Both the position numbers and the translations under genes were made by a program. This document shows, in pieces, positions 1-8,973 of a DNA stretch of 54,664 nt. The DNA comes from Nitrospirota bacterium (lineage in GTDB: Bacteria > Nitrospirota > Thermodesulfovibrionia > Thermodesulfovibrionales > JdFR-86), in NCBI GenBank assembly GCA_037386965.1, contig JARRLN010000011.1, positions 1 to 54,664 on the forward strand. Reading direction: 5' to 3'. The notes under the pieces are model-generated. The model had not been told where the DNA came from. It saw only the letters and a list, made by a program, of their open reading frames with translations, and searched no databases. Within the stretch, counting starts at the first letter, position 1, and the number at the start of each line of letters is the position of its first letter.

Positions 1-255
1 GGGGAGAGAGTATCCGCCGGGGGAGCTCGTGTCCGTTCCCATTGTGATCACGAAACTGGTCTCCTCGCCTCCCTCATAGGCGCCTTTGAGCAGCGTTTCG
101 GCATTGGTGTTGGTAATGGCGGCCTGGGTCGTGGAGCCGGTGTAGGACAGCGACGGTGTGCCGCCGCCTCCGTCGCCCCCTCCGCAGGCCGCAAGGAACA
201 CGGCCGCCAGGATGCCCAGGACCAGAACCGATGAAGAAGTGACAAATTTTTTCAT
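1..255 (-). CDS. Lipoprotein of unknown function, truncated at the left window edge
   Basis: Manual translation MKKFVTSSSVLVLGILAAVFLAAC-GGGDGGGGTPSLSYTG; lipobox LAAC; SD GAGGAGG upstream; frame open to the edge. Not in the ORF track. Confidence 0.85.
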   Translation of the reverse strand, partial: MKKFVTSSSVLVLGILAAVFLAACGGGDGGGGTPSLSYTGSTTQAAITNTNAETLLKGAYEGGEETSFVITMGTDTSSPGGYSLP

Positions 256-301
256 TTCAGCCTCCTCTGAGTTATTACTCATCCCAACGGCGCTAAGAGG
301 A

Positions 302-317
302 AGCAACACTCGTGCCA
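302..317 (-). promoter_or_regulatory. Sigma-54 (-24/-12) promoter for the lipoprotein
   Basis: Minus strand TGGCAC-GAGTG-TTGCT matches the RpoN consensus TGGCAC-N5-TTGC(A/T); ~45 nt upstream of the ATG. Confidence 0.8.
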
Positions 318-401
318 CAAAATGGCGGCGCGTAAAGTTCCAGGGAACAAAAAGGGTTGCGCCCCTTTCGTGACCCGGCTCACAGGGGCGCGGACGGGAA
401 A

Positions 402-446
402 AATGACACCCTGATGCCACACCCCGTACTAAACAATGACACGCTG
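402..446. promoter_or_regulatory. Direct repeat pair, candidate enhancer-binding-protein sites
   Basis: AATGACAC(C/G)CTG at 402-413 and 435-446, 33 bp apart, ~85-130 bp upstream of the sigma-54 -24 box. Confidence 0.4.
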
Positions 447-582
447 CCTTTCTCCCGGCCCCGGCGGCCCGCTCCGGGGCCGCGCGTGTTGCAATAATCT
501 CTGCGCGTATGCTAGTTTCATAGGCTGGGTTTCATGCGAAGTCCCTGACTTCTGAAAATAATTTCCGGGAGGTCTGTGCTCG

Positions 583-1725
583 ATGCTCAAACGTTATCTC
601 CTTGCTCCGGGACCCACGCCCGTGCCCCCACGAGTGCTTCAGAGCATGGCCCTGCCCATCCTGCACCACAGGGCGCCGGATTTCGTCCCCATCCTGGATT
701 CCGCGAAAAAGGGACTGAAGCGGCTCTATCAGACCGAAAACGACGTCCTCATCCTCACCTCCACCGGCACCGGCGGGATGGTGGCCGCGGTGAACAACTT
801 CTTCAGCCCCGGCGAGAGGGTCCTGGTGGTAAACGGCGGAAAGTTCGGCGAGCGATGGACCAATATCGGCCGGGCCTACGGCCTGGAGGTCACGGAGATA
901 GAGGTGCCCTGGGGGCACGCCGTCAAGCCCGAGCAGGTCGAGCAGGAGCTGGCCAGGGACGGCTCCATAAAGGGCGTCCTCATCCAGGGCTCGGAGACCT
1001 CCACGGGGGTCTTCCACGACATCCGCGCCGTGGGCGAGGTGCTTAAAAGGCATCCCGAGGTCCTGTACGTGGTGGACGCCATCAGCGCCCTGGTGGCCCA
1101 CGACATAAAGACCGACGGGTGGGGCATCGACGTCATGGTGGCGGGCTCGCAGAAGGGGCTCATGCTGCCGCCGGGTCTGGCCTTCATAAGCGTGAGCGAG
1201 CGGGCCTGGAAGAAGGCCGAGACGGCGGAGGCGCCGCACTTCTATTTCAATCTCAAGAAGGAGCGGGCGGCCCTGGCGAAAAACCAGACGAATTTCACCT
1301 CCTCGGTGACCCTGGTCGTGGCCCTGAACGAGGCCCTGAAGCTCCTGGAGGCAGAAGGCTACGGCAATGTCTTCGCCCGCCACGCCCGCCTGGCCGAGGC
1401 CACCCGGGCCGCCGCGAAGGCCCTGGGCCTTTCCCTCTTCGCCAAGGAGTCCCCGAGCAACGCCCTGACGGCCGTGGAGACCCCGGCGGGCATCGACGGG
1501 CAGGAGGTCTACAAACGGATGCGCGAGGACTACGGCATCACCGGCGCGGGCGGACAGGACCAGGCCAGGGGAAAGATATTCCGCATCGCCCACCTGGGCT
1601 ATGCCGACACCTTCGACGTCATCACAGCCGTCGCGGGCCTGGAGATGGTCCTGAGGGGGCTGGGCCACGACCTCGCCCTGGGCAGCGGAGTGGCTGCGGC
1701 CCAGGAAATACTCATGGTGAAGTAG
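583..1725 (+). CDS. Class V PLP aminotransferase (alanine-glyoxylate/serine-pyruvate family, probable phosphoserine aminotransferase role)
   Basis: LLAPGPTPVP N-terminus, VVDAISA, GSQKGLMLPPGL PLP-lysine motif; abuts serA. Confidence 0.9.
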   Translation: MLKRYLLAPGPTPVPPRVLQSMALPILHHRAPDFVPILDSAKKGLKRLYQTENDVLILTSTGTGGMVAAVNNFFSPGERVLVVNGGKFGERWTNIGRAYGLEVTEIEVPWGHAVKPEQVEQELARDGSIKGVLIQGSETSTGVFHDIRAVGEVLKRHPEVLYVVDAISALVAHDIKTDGWGIDVMVAGSQKGLMLPPGLAFISVSERAWKKAETAEAPHFYFNLKKERAALAKNQTNFTSSVTLVVALNEALKLLEAEGYGNVFARHARLAEATRAAAKALGLSLFAKESPSNALTAVETPAGIDGQEVYKRMREDYGITGAGGQDQARGKIFRIAHLGYADTFDVITAVAGLEMVLRGLGHDLALGSGVAAAQEILMVK

Positions 1726-3309
1726 ATGAAGGTCCTCGTAAGCGACAACCTCTCGGAAACCGGCATCTCCATACTGAGGAAAGCGGGCCTCACGGTGGAC
1801 GTCAAGGTGGGCATGAGCCCCGAGGAGCTCACCTCCGTCATCGGCGAGTACCACGGCATCGTCATCCGCAGCGCCACCAAGCTCACGGCCGACGTCATCG
1901 AGGCGGCCCGCAACCTCAAGGTCATCGGGCGGGCCGGCTCCGGACTGGACAACGTGGACAAGGCCGCCGCCACCAAGAAGGGCATCGTGGTGATGAACAC
2001 CCCCGGGGGCAACACCATCACCACGGCGGAGCACACCATCGCCCTGATGTTCTCGCTGGCCCGGAAGGTGCCCCAGGCCACGGCCTCCATGAAGGCCGGC
2101 CTGTGGGAGAAGAAGAAGTTCAAGGGCGTGGAGCTCTTCAACAAGACCCTGGGCGTGGTGGGCCTGGGCCAGATAGGCTCCCAGGTGGCCAAGCGCGCCC
2201 GGTGCCTGGAGATGAACGTCATCGCCTACGACCCCTTCCTGAGCGAGGACACGGCCGAGGCCATGGGCATCCGGAAGGTCCCGCTTGAGGAGATATTCAG
2301 GACCGCCGACTTCATTACCGTGCACAGCCCCCTGACGGGCGAGACCCGGAACCTCATCAACAAAGTGACCATAAAGCTCATGAAGACAACGGTGCGCATC
2401 ATCAACTGCGCCCGCGGCGGCATCGTCAACGAGGGCGACCTGGCCGAGGCCCTGGAGTCAGGCCGGGTGGCCGGGGCCGCCCTGGACGTCTTCGAAGAGG
2501 AGCCCGCGCCGGAGGACAGCCCCCTGCTCAGGCTCGAAGACAACGTGGTTCTCACCCCCCACCTGGGGGCTTCCACGGACGAGGCCCAGGAGAACGTGGC
2601 CGTGGCGGTGGCCGAGCAGATAGTGGACTATCTCCAGGCGGGGACCATCAGAAACGCCGTGAACTTCCCCTCCGTGCCGGCCGACCAGGTGCCCCACCTG
2701 CGGCCCTACCTCAAGCTCGCCGAGGGGCTGGGGAGCTTCGCCGCCCAGCTCATCGAGGGCGGCATCACCGAGGTGACCCTGGAGTACAGGGGCGAGGCGG
2801 CCGAGCTCACCACCGAGCCGGTGACCATGGCGGCGGTGAAAGGGCTTCTGACCCCCATCCTGGAGTCCACGGTCAACTTCGTCAACGCCCCCATCATCGC
2901 CCGGGAAAGGGGCATCGAGGTCAAGGAGACCAAGAGCGCCGATGCGGGGGACTACCAGAGCGTGCTCACCCTGCGGGTGCGCGTCAAGAAGGAGGAGCAC
3001 TCCTTCTCCGGCACGCTCTTCAGCCGCAGGGACCCCAGGATCATCATGGTGGACAACTTCCCCGTGGAGATAATCCCGGAGGGGACCATCCTGGTCATTC
3101 ACAACCAGGACAAGCCCGGAGTCATCGGCGGAACGGGCTCGGTCCTGGCCTCCCACGGCGTCAACATAGCCTGGATGCACTTCGGGCGGGAGTCGGCCGG
3201 CGGGCTCGCCATGAGCGTGGTCTGCGTGGACACCGCAGTGGGGGACAAGGAGCTCAAGGAGATACGGAACCTCCCGAACATCCTCTCCGTCAAGCAGATA
3301 TACCTGTAG
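1726..3309 (+). CDS. serA: D-3-phosphoglycerate dehydrogenase with ASB and ACT domains
   Basis: GRAGSGLDNVD, GVVGLGQIG, INCARGGIV, TPHLGAST; C-terminal NQDKPGVIG ACT motif. Confidence 0.97.
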   Translation: MKVLVSDNLSETGISILRKAGLTVDVKVGMSPEELTSVIGEYHGIVIRSATKLTADVIEAARNLKVIGRAGSGLDNVDKAAATKKGIVVMNTPGGNTITTAEHTIALMFSLARKVPQATASMKAGLWEKKKFKGVELFNKTLGVVGLGQIGSQVAKRARCLEMNVIAYDPFLSEDTAEAMGIRKVPLEEIFRTADFITVHSPLTGETRNLINKVTIKLMKTTVRIINCARGGIVNEGDLAEALESGRVAGAALDVFEEEPAPEDSPLLRLEDNVVLTPHLGASTDEAQENVAVAVAEQIVDYLQAGTIRNAVNFPSVPADQVPHLRPYLKLAEGLGSFAAQLIEGGITEVTLEYRGEAAELTTEPVTMAAVKGLLTPILESTVNFVNAPIIARERGIEVKETKSADAGDYQSVLTLRVRVKKEEHSFSGTLFSRRDPRIIMVDNFPVEIIPEGTILVIHNQDKPGVIGGTGSVLASHGVNIAWMHFGRESAGGLAMSVVCVDTAVGDKELKEIRNLPNILSVKQIYL

Positions 3310-3373
3310 GGCCGCCGGGGGGTGGCGGGGCATCCATCCGGGTCCCTGGAAATAAGGCAAAGGAAAGGGCAGA

Positions 3374-4660
3374 ATGCCAGCCGTCGTCATTGTGGGCGCC
3401 CAGTGGGGCGATGAGGGAAAAGGGAAAATCGTGGACGTCCTCACCGAAGAGGCCCACGTGGTGGCCCGGTACCAGGGCGGCCACAACGCGGGCCACACGG
3501 TGGTCATCGGCGGGAAGACCTTCATCCTGCACCTCATCCCCTCGGGCATCCTGCACGCGGGGAAGGCCGCGGTCATCGGAAACGGCACCGTGGTGGAGCC
3601 CGGGGCCCTCATCGCGGAGATAGAGGGCCTGAGGCGCGAGGGCATAGACGTCGACAACAACCTCCTGCTGAGCCGGGGCGCCCATCTCATCATGCCCTAC
3701 CACACGGCGCTGGACGGGGCCAGCGAAAAGCACCGGGGCTCCTCCAAGATAGGCACCACGGGCAGGGGCATCGGCCCGGCCTACGTGGACAAGATGGCAC
3801 GGGTGGGCCTCATGGTGGGGGACCTCCTGCATCCCGATATCTTCAGGGAAAAGCTGGAGAAAGCCCTTCATTACGTGAACCAGGTCCTCACCAGGGTCTA
3901 CGGGCAGGAGGCCTTCACGGCCGGCGACATCCATGCGGCCTTCATGGGATACGCCGAGAAGCTCGCCCATTACGTCACGGACACCGACGTCTTCTTGAAC
4001 CGGGCCCTGGACGAGAGGAAAAACGTGCTGTTCGAGGGCGCGCAGGGCACCCTCCTGGACATCGACCACGGCACCTACCCCTATGTGACCTCCTCCAGCG
4101 CCTCCGCAGGCGGCGCGTGCATCGGCTCGGGCGTGGGGCCCACCCGCATCGGAAAGGTCCTGGGCGTGGTGAAGGCGTACACGACCCGCGTGGGCGAGGG
4201 ACCCTTTCCCACGGAGCTTCGTGACGGCCTGGGCGAGAGGCTTCAGAAGAAAGGTGGGGAGTTCGGGGCCACCACGGGCAGACCCCGCAGGTGCGGATGG
4301 CTCGACATGGTCGCCCTCAGGCATTCCCGAAGGGTAAACGGCCTGACCGGCGTGGTGATGACCAAGCTCGACATCCTCGACGGGCTGGAGGAAATAAAGA
4401 TATGCTCGGCATACCGGTGCGGAGGAGAGAGGCTTGAGCACTTCCCCCGGGAGGCAACGGTCCTGGCCCGGTGCGAGCCCGTCTACGAGAGCCTCCCCGG
4501 CTGGAAGGAGAGCACGAGCGGCCTGCGCAGCATGGAGGAGCTCCCCAAGGGCGCCCGGGACTACATCGGCCGCATCGAGGAGATGCTCGGCGTGCCGGTG
4601 GCCATGGTGTCCACCGGGGCCAGCAGGGAGGAGCTTATCCTGAGGGAAGGGGGGTTCTGA
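3374..4660 (+). CDS. purA: Adenylosuccinate synthetase
   Basis: GAQWGDEGKGK, QGGHNAGHT, GTTGRGIGPAY, EGAQGTLLDIDHGTYPYVTSS, TTGRPRRCGWLD. Confidence 0.99.
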   Translation: MPAVVIVGAQWGDEGKGKIVDVLTEEAHVVARYQGGHNAGHTVVIGGKTFILHLIPSGILHAGKAAVIGNGTVVEPGALIAEIEGLRREGIDVDNNLLLSRGAHLIMPYHTALDGASEKHRGSSKIGTTGRGIGPAYVDKMARVGLMVGDLLHPDIFREKLEKALHYVNQVLTRVYGQEAFTAGDIHAAFMGYAEKLAHYVTDTDVFLNRALDERKNVLFEGAQGTLLDIDHGTYPYVTSSSASAGGACIGSGVGPTRIGKVLGVVKAYTTRVGEGPFPTELRDGLGERLQKKGGEFGATTGRPRRCGWLDMVALRHSRRVNGLTGVVMTKLDILDGLEEIKICSAYRCGGERLEHFPREATVLARCEPVYESLPGWKESTSGLRSMEELPKGARDYIGRIEEMLGVPVAMVSTGASREELILREGGF

Positions 4661-5037
4661 TGGACAGGCGCAAGTTCAAGCGGTACCGGCTGAGCCTGGA
4701 CGCCGAATTCTATGCGGGGGACCGCATCCTCCGCGGGGTCTCGAGCAATCTCTCCCAGGGGGGGTTGCTCCTGAGGACACAGCACAGCCTGAGCACGGGA
4801 AGCCTGCTGCACATCACGCTGTTCCTCCCCGACGGCAAGACCGCCCGGGTCAAGGGCAAGGCCCTGAGGAACGCGGGACCCGGCTCGGGCCTGGTCAGAA
4901 ACGGCATCGGCGTCCGGCTCATCGAGCACGACCAAGCCTACAGCGACTACATCGAGGGCCTGAGGAAACAGGCCGCCGGGAGCGCCGGGGATTCGGGCGA
5001 GGCCGGTCTCCCGGGACCGGAGGAGAAGGGGGCCTGA
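4660..5037 (+). CDS. PilZ-domain protein
   Basis: ATG overlaps the purA TGA; RRKFKR (RxxxR) and NLSQGG (D/NxSxxG) c-di-GMP-binding motifs. Confidence 0.85.
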   Translation: MDRRKFKRYRLSLDAEFYAGDRILRGVSSNLSQGGLLLRTQHSLSTGSLLHITLFLPDGKTARVKGKALRNAGPGSGLVRNGIGVRLIEHDQAYSDYIEGLRKQAAGSAGDSGEAGLPGPEEKGA

Positions 5038-5858
5038 GAAAGGGGCTTCTTTGGGGCCCTCCGCGAGGACCGGACCCGCCGCAGGGGTCGGAACCTCCGC
5101 AAGAACCGGGCCCTCCGCGAGAATCGGGCCCTCCGCGAGGGTCCGGCCCGTTCGGAGGCTCGCTCGATGCCCTGGCAGGCCGCCTGCTCAACGTCCTTTA
5201 CCCTGCCCGGTGCCCTTCCTGCGCCTCACCCCCCGACCGGTACAGCCTTTCGCCCCTGTGCTCGGCCTGCTGGGCGGGCATACGCCGTGAGGACGGCGTC
5301 GCCTGCCGGGTCTGCTCATTGCCGCTCATATCGCCTTACGCCACGGTCTGCGGCCAGTGCATGAAGCACCCTCCCCCCTTTGCCCGCGCGCTTTGCTACG
5401 GGGCCTATGCCGGCACCCTGAAGGAAGCGGTCCACCTGCTGAAGTTCCAGGGCATCAAGCGGCTGGCCCGTCCCCTGGGAGGGCTTCTCCTTGCGCTCGA
5501 CCTGCCCGGGGCGGACTGCGTGGCGCCCGTGCCGCTTTCCCCGGGCGCATTGAGGAGGCGCGGCTTCAACCAATCCTATCTTCTGGCCCGGGCCCTGGCG
5601 GCGGGGCTCGGCCTGCCCCTGGCCGGGGACGTCCTTTACAAGAGAAAGGAGACCCCCTCCCAGGTCGGCCTGACGCGGGCTCAGCGCCTGGGCAACCTCA
5701 AGGGGGCCTTCGCCCTTCGCCGAAAGCCCGACGGAGAGCGGGTGCTTCTGGTGGACGACGTCATGACCACGGGGGCGACCATGGGCGCGTGCGCCCGGAC
5801 GCTCTTGCGGGGAGGGGCAAAGGAAGTGACCGCGGTCTCACTGGCGCGGTCCCCCTGA
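5034..5858 (+). CDS. comF: ComF family protein (double zinc ribbon + phosphoribosyltransferase); start uncertain, CTG at 5034 proposed
   Basis: Frame is open upstream of the annotated TTG at 5319 and encodes LLNVLYPARCPSC..LCSAC..CRVC..CGQC; RGFNQS and LLVDDVMTTGAT motifs; no ATG/GTG/TTG before 5319. Confidence 0.8.
   Translation: MRKGLLWGPPRGPDPPQGSEPPQEPGPPRESGPPRGSGPFGGSLDALAGRLLNVLYPARCPSCASPPDRYSLSPLCSACWAGIRREDGVACRVCSLPLISPYATVCGQCMKHPPPFARALCYGAYAGTLKEAVHLLKFQGIKRLARPLGGLLLALDLPGADCVAPVPLSPGALRRRGFNQSYLLARALAAGLGLPLAGDVLYKRKETPSQVGLTRAQRLGNLKGAFALRRKPDGERVLLVDDVMTTGATMGACARTLLRGGAKEVTAVSLARSP
5054..5143 (+). repeat. Five tandem 18-bp imperfect repeats
   Basis: gggccctccgcgaggacc / ggacccgccgcaggggtc / ggaacctccgcaagaacc / gggccctccgcgagaatc / gggccctccgcgagggtc; in the comF frame they encode GPPRGP DPPQGS EPPQEP GPPRES GPPRGS. 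Confidence 0.9.
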
Positions 5859-5867
5859 GTACCGCCC

Positions 5868-6176
5868 TTAGTATATGGAGCGGATGCGCCCGGTCTGCTT
5901 CTGCACGATGAGCCTGTCCACAACGTTGCCCCGGGCGTCCAGTATCTCGGCCTCGAAGTAAAGCTCCTTTTCCTCTATCTTGCCCACCCTGAGGTTCCTG
6001 CCCTTCAGATGCTCCTTGAGTATCTCGCGGGCCTCCTTCTTGGTCCTGACGGGCCGCTTTTCTCCATAGGAGGAGTTCTGGGCAAGCGTGGCCGAAGAAG
6101 CCCGGTGGGCGCTTTCCCCCGGGCCGGCCCACAGGAAGAGGGAGGCGCAGAGGATTATGAGAAGGACCGGCTTCAT
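5868..6176 (-). CDS. Exported PepSY-domain-like protein
   Basis: Signal peptide MKPVLLIILCASLFLW; C-terminal LYFEAEILDARGNVVDRLIVQKQTG resembles the PepSY fold. Confidence 0.7.
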   Translation of the reverse strand: MKPVLLIILCASLFLWAGPGESAHRASSATLAQNSSYGEKRPVRTKKEAREILKEHLKGRNLRVGKIEEKELYFEAEILDARGNVVDRLIVQKQTGRIRSIY

Positions 6177-6185
6177 CTTCGGCAC

Positions 6186-6214
6186 ATTATAGTGAGTGCT
6201 TCCTTCGGGGTCAA
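6186..6214 (-). promoter_or_regulatory. Sigma-70 promoter, near-leaderless PepSY-like gene
   Basis: TTGACC-N17-TATAAT ending 9 nt before ATG 6176; no SD. Confidence 0.7.
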
Positions 6215-6239
6215 TGTTTTCGTGTTTCCCGGCGCAAAG

Positions 6240-6273
6240 AAAAAAGGCGGCCCTTCTCTGGGCCGCCTTTTTT
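6240..6273. terminator. Intrinsic terminator after the cytochrome c gene
   Basis: aaaaaggcggccc-ttctct-gggccgcctttttt with T tracts on both strands. Confidence 0.85.
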
Positions 6274-6286
6274 CGGGAAAGCATGG

Positions 6287-6595
6287 TTATTTCTTATGGC
6301 ACTTGGTGCAGTTGCCCTCGAAGCTGAAAGCCTTGGAGCCGTCATGGCAGGTAAAGCACGCCACACCGGCCTTGTGCGGAGCGGTGATCTCGACGCCGCC
6401 CTTCTTCATGGGGAAAATCTTGGTGTGGCAGTCGTTGCACTTCAGGCCGGCGTCGGCATGGACCTGGCCGCTGAAGGTCACCGGGCCCATGGGGCCGTCC
6501 TCGAACGTCAGGGTCTTGCCAGGGGGCACTGCCATGGCCAGTCCGGCAAAGACGAGTGTAAGGGCAATGATACCGACAAGAACGACTTTCTTCAT
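6287..6595 (-). CDS. Periplasmic triheme cytochrome c7-type protein
   Basis: Signal peptide; three CxxCH motifs (CNDCH, CFTCH, CTKCH); VTFSGQVH distal His; SD GGAGGAGG. Confidence 0.9.
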   Translation of the reverse strand: MKKVVLVGIIALTLVFAGLAMAVPPGKTLTFEDGPMGPVTFSGQVHADAGLKCNDCHTKIFPMKKGGVEITAPHKAGVACFTCHDGSKAFSFEGNCTKCHKK

Positions 6596-6698
6596 CTGAC
6601 TTCCTCCTCCGTGGTTTCGTAGTTCACCGTTCATACGCTTTACCCCCATACCCTTGCAGACTATTCCTGCCCTCCTTTCCGGGTGGTGACTGGCGTAT

Positions 6699-6759
6699 AT
6701 ATTACCAGAGTATGAAAACAATATGAACAGGCTGCGAACAGATTGTGAAAAAATATGAA
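6699..6759 (-). promoter_or_regulatory. Phased OmpR/PhoB-type direct-repeat operator plus extended -10 of the cytochrome c gene
   Basis: Plus-strand hexamers TATGAA 6711, TATGAA 6722, TGCGAA 6733, TGTGAA 6744, TATGAA 6754 (spacing 11,11,11,10); minus strand TGG-TAATAT at 6707-6699. Confidence 0.7.
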
Positions 6760-6767
6760 GAAGGGCC

Positions 6768-8120
6768 TTAAAGTGGCAAAAAAACGCTGAAAACCGAGCC
6801 CTTCCCGGGTCTGCTCGTTACCTCGACCCTGCCGCCGTGGGCCTGCACCAGCTCCTTGACTATGGTAAGCCCTATTCCCAGGCTCCCCCGGCCGGGATGC
6901 CCCGGGCGGTAGAAGCGCTCGAATATGAACGGCAGGTCCTTCTCCTCAATGCCCCGGCCGGTGTCGGAGACCTCGATGAGGGCCTCCTTCCCTCTCCGCG
7001 ACGCCCGTACCGCAACCTTTCCGCCGGGGGCCGTGGCCTTGAGGGCGTTGCTCAGAAGGTTTATGACCACCTGGCTGAGCTTGTCCGGGTCGGCGGCCAC
7101 CACGGTCTCCTCCGGGGCCTCGAGTGAAAGGGCTATGCCCTTGTCCTCGAAGACGCCCTGGTAGCGGTCCACGATGTTCCGGAGGAAGTGCGAAAGCGTG
7201 AGGTCCTCCTTCCTCAGGGCGAGGCTGCTGGCCTCGGCCTGGGAGAGGTCCTCTATGCCCTCCAGGATGCTCCGCAGGCGCCCTATCTCGGCATGAAGGG
7301 ACTCCAGGGTCTTCCTGTCGGTGGGGATGAGGCCGTCTATCATGCCTTCCAGCTCCCCGCGCACCGCGCTCAGGGGGGTTCTCAACTCGTGGGCGATGTC
7401 GGCCGTGAGCCGCCGCTTCAGGCGCTCCTGGGTCAGGAGGTTCTGGGCCATGGCGTTGAAGGTCTCAGAAAGGGTGCCGAGCTCGTCGCTCCGGGGGATG
7501 TGCACGCGGCTCTCCAGGTCCCCCTCAGAGATGCGGGAGGCCGCGGCCGTCAGCTCCTTGATGGGGCGGGTAAGCATCCGGGAAAAGACGATGCTCAGCA
7601 CGACGGCCACGCCACCCAGGGCCACCACCGAGACCAGGAGGAATTTGTTGGACCTCCGGACGAAAAGGGCTTCCCTCCGGGGGGCGGCCACCCAGGCCTC
7701 CAGGCGGCCTATCTGCTTGCCGCCCAGGAAAAGGGGAGCGGGCACGTACTCCCTCTGGGCCCGCCCCCCGCCGGCCGCAACGGCCCGCATGCGCTTCTTC
7801 ACCAGGGGCGGGAGGCTCTCCAGGGCCTCCCCGGTGTCCATGAGGAGCGCGCCCCGCTCGTCATAGACCTTGAGGTCCATCCCCATCATGGCGGCCCAGA
7901 CGGTGCCCCGCACCAGGTCCTCCCTCCGCCAGAGGCCGGCCCTGGCACGGGAGCTCTCCAGGGAGGCCACGACCCAGGAGACCCGGTCCAGCATTTCCCC
8001 TTCGAGGTATCCCCTGAAATCCTGGACCATGAGCTCCCGGAGAAGGAAGGTGCCGGAGAGGCCCACGGCCACCACAGAGACCAGAAGGAGGAGGAACTTC
8101 GCAGAGAGGCTCCTAATCAT
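6768..8120 (-). CDS. Membrane sensor histidine kinase (HAMP-HisKA-HATPase, BaeS-like)
   Basis: Two TM segments, HAMP, DIAHELRTPL H-box, NLLSNALK, DTGRGI, GLGLTIV-like G2 box. Confidence 0.95.
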   Translation of the reverse strand: MIRSLSAKFLLLLVSVVAVGLSGTFLLRELMVQDFRGYLEGEMLDRVSWVVASLESSRARAGLWRREDLVRGTVWAAMMGMDLKVYDERGALLMDTGEALESLPPLVKKRMRAVAAGGGRAQREYVPAPLFLGGKQIGRLEAWVAAPRREALFVRRSNKFLLVSVVALGGVAVVLSIVFSRMLTRPIKELTAAASRISEGDLESRVHIPRSDELGTLSETFNAMAQNLLTQERLKRRLTADIAHELRTPLSAVRGELEGMIDGLIPTDRKTLESLHAEIGRLRSILEGIEDLSQAEASSLALRKEDLTLSHFLRNIVDRYQGVFEDKGIALSLEAPEETVVAADPDKLSQVVINLLSNALKATAPGGKVAVRASRRGKEALIEVSDTGRGIEEKDLPFIFERFYRPGHPGRGSLGIGLTIVKELVQAHGGRVEVTSRPGKGSVFSVFLPL

Positions 8121-8808
8121 CGCGGCGCCCGGAGAAGCGATAGCCCGCCCCGTAGACGGTGTGTATGAAGGTGGGGTGCCTGGGGTCGGGCTCCACCTTG
8201 TGCCTGATGTTCTTTATATGGGCGTCCACGCTGCGGTCGTACCCCTCGAACTGATACCCCAGGGCCCCCATGACCAGCTCCTCGCGGGTGAAGACCTTCC
8301 CGGGATGGGAGGCCAGGGTGGAGAGTATCTTTATCTCGGTGCTGGTGAGGTTCAGCGGCCGGCCGTCGCGGGTGACCTGGTAGCGCTGCTCGTCGATGAC
8401 CAGGGAGCCGGCGTTGAAGCTCATGGGCTCCGCCGCACCCCCCTTGTCCGTCCGCCTGAGGACGGCCCGCACGCGGTACATGAGCTCCCGCGGGCTGAAG
8501 GGCTTGACCACGTAATCGTCGGCCCCCAGGGCGAAGCCCGCCACGCGCTCCTCCTCGGTGTGCTTGGAGGTGAGCATGATGATGGGGAAGTCCCCCAGCT
8601 CCTTCAGGCCCTGGCAGACCTCCTCGCCGCTCAGGTCCGGGAGCTTGAGGTCCAGGATGACGGCCAGGGGCGGCTCCTTCTCGGCGGCCTTGAGGGCGTC
8701 GCGCCCGCGCTCGACATGAAGCACCTGATAGCCCGCCTCCCGAAGGTAGACCTTCACCACGTTGGCTATCTTGGTGTCGTCCTCAACGATGAGTATGGGG
8801 CGGACCAT
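8113..8808 (-). CDS. OmpR-family response regulator
   Basis: LIVEDD, ILDLKLP, GADDYVVKPF, RSVDAHIKNIRHK, TVYGAGYRF; overlaps the kinase start. Confidence 0.96.
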   Translation of the reverse strand: MVRPILIVEDDTKIANVVKVYLREAGYQVLHVERGRDALKAAEKEPPLAVILDLKLPDLSGEEVCQGLKELGDFPIIMLTSKHTEEERVAGFALGADDYVVKPFSPRELMYRVRAVLRRTDKGGAAEPMSFNAGSLVIDEQRYQVTRDGRPLNLTSTEIKILSTLASHPGKVFTREELVMGALGYQFEGYDRSVDAHIKNIRHKVEPDPRHPTFIHTVYGAGYRFSGRRDD

Positions 8809-8929
8809 GGTTTGCCCTCCCTTCCTTTCATCCCTCTGGAAAACCCGTACAAAAAATTATACTTCATGAGAGGCGGGGCACGCCCCCGGAGGGCAGGAGG
8901 GTGAGGGGCGGGAGGACCTTGGAAAACCC

Positions 8930-8957
8930 CCCCGCGGGGCCGCGCGGCCCCGCGGGG
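8930..8957. terminator. Perfect 28-bp GC palindrome, probable fprA terminator
   Basis: ccccgcggggcc-gcgc-ggccccgcgggg, 17 nt after the fprA stop; short T tract on the minus strand. Confidence 0.7.
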
Positions 8958-8973
8958 CGTGACGTTCACGCAC

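Noticed and set aside
532-2325. 597-aa minus-strand ORF and similar long antisense ORFs (for example 2458-3693, 8959-10131, 16424-17905, 44920-46995)
   Set aside because: Shadows of high-GC3 genes on the opposite strand; no recognisable motifs.
5054-5143. Repeats as a CRISPR array
   Set aside because: Contiguous 18-bp units with no spacers and no cas genes.
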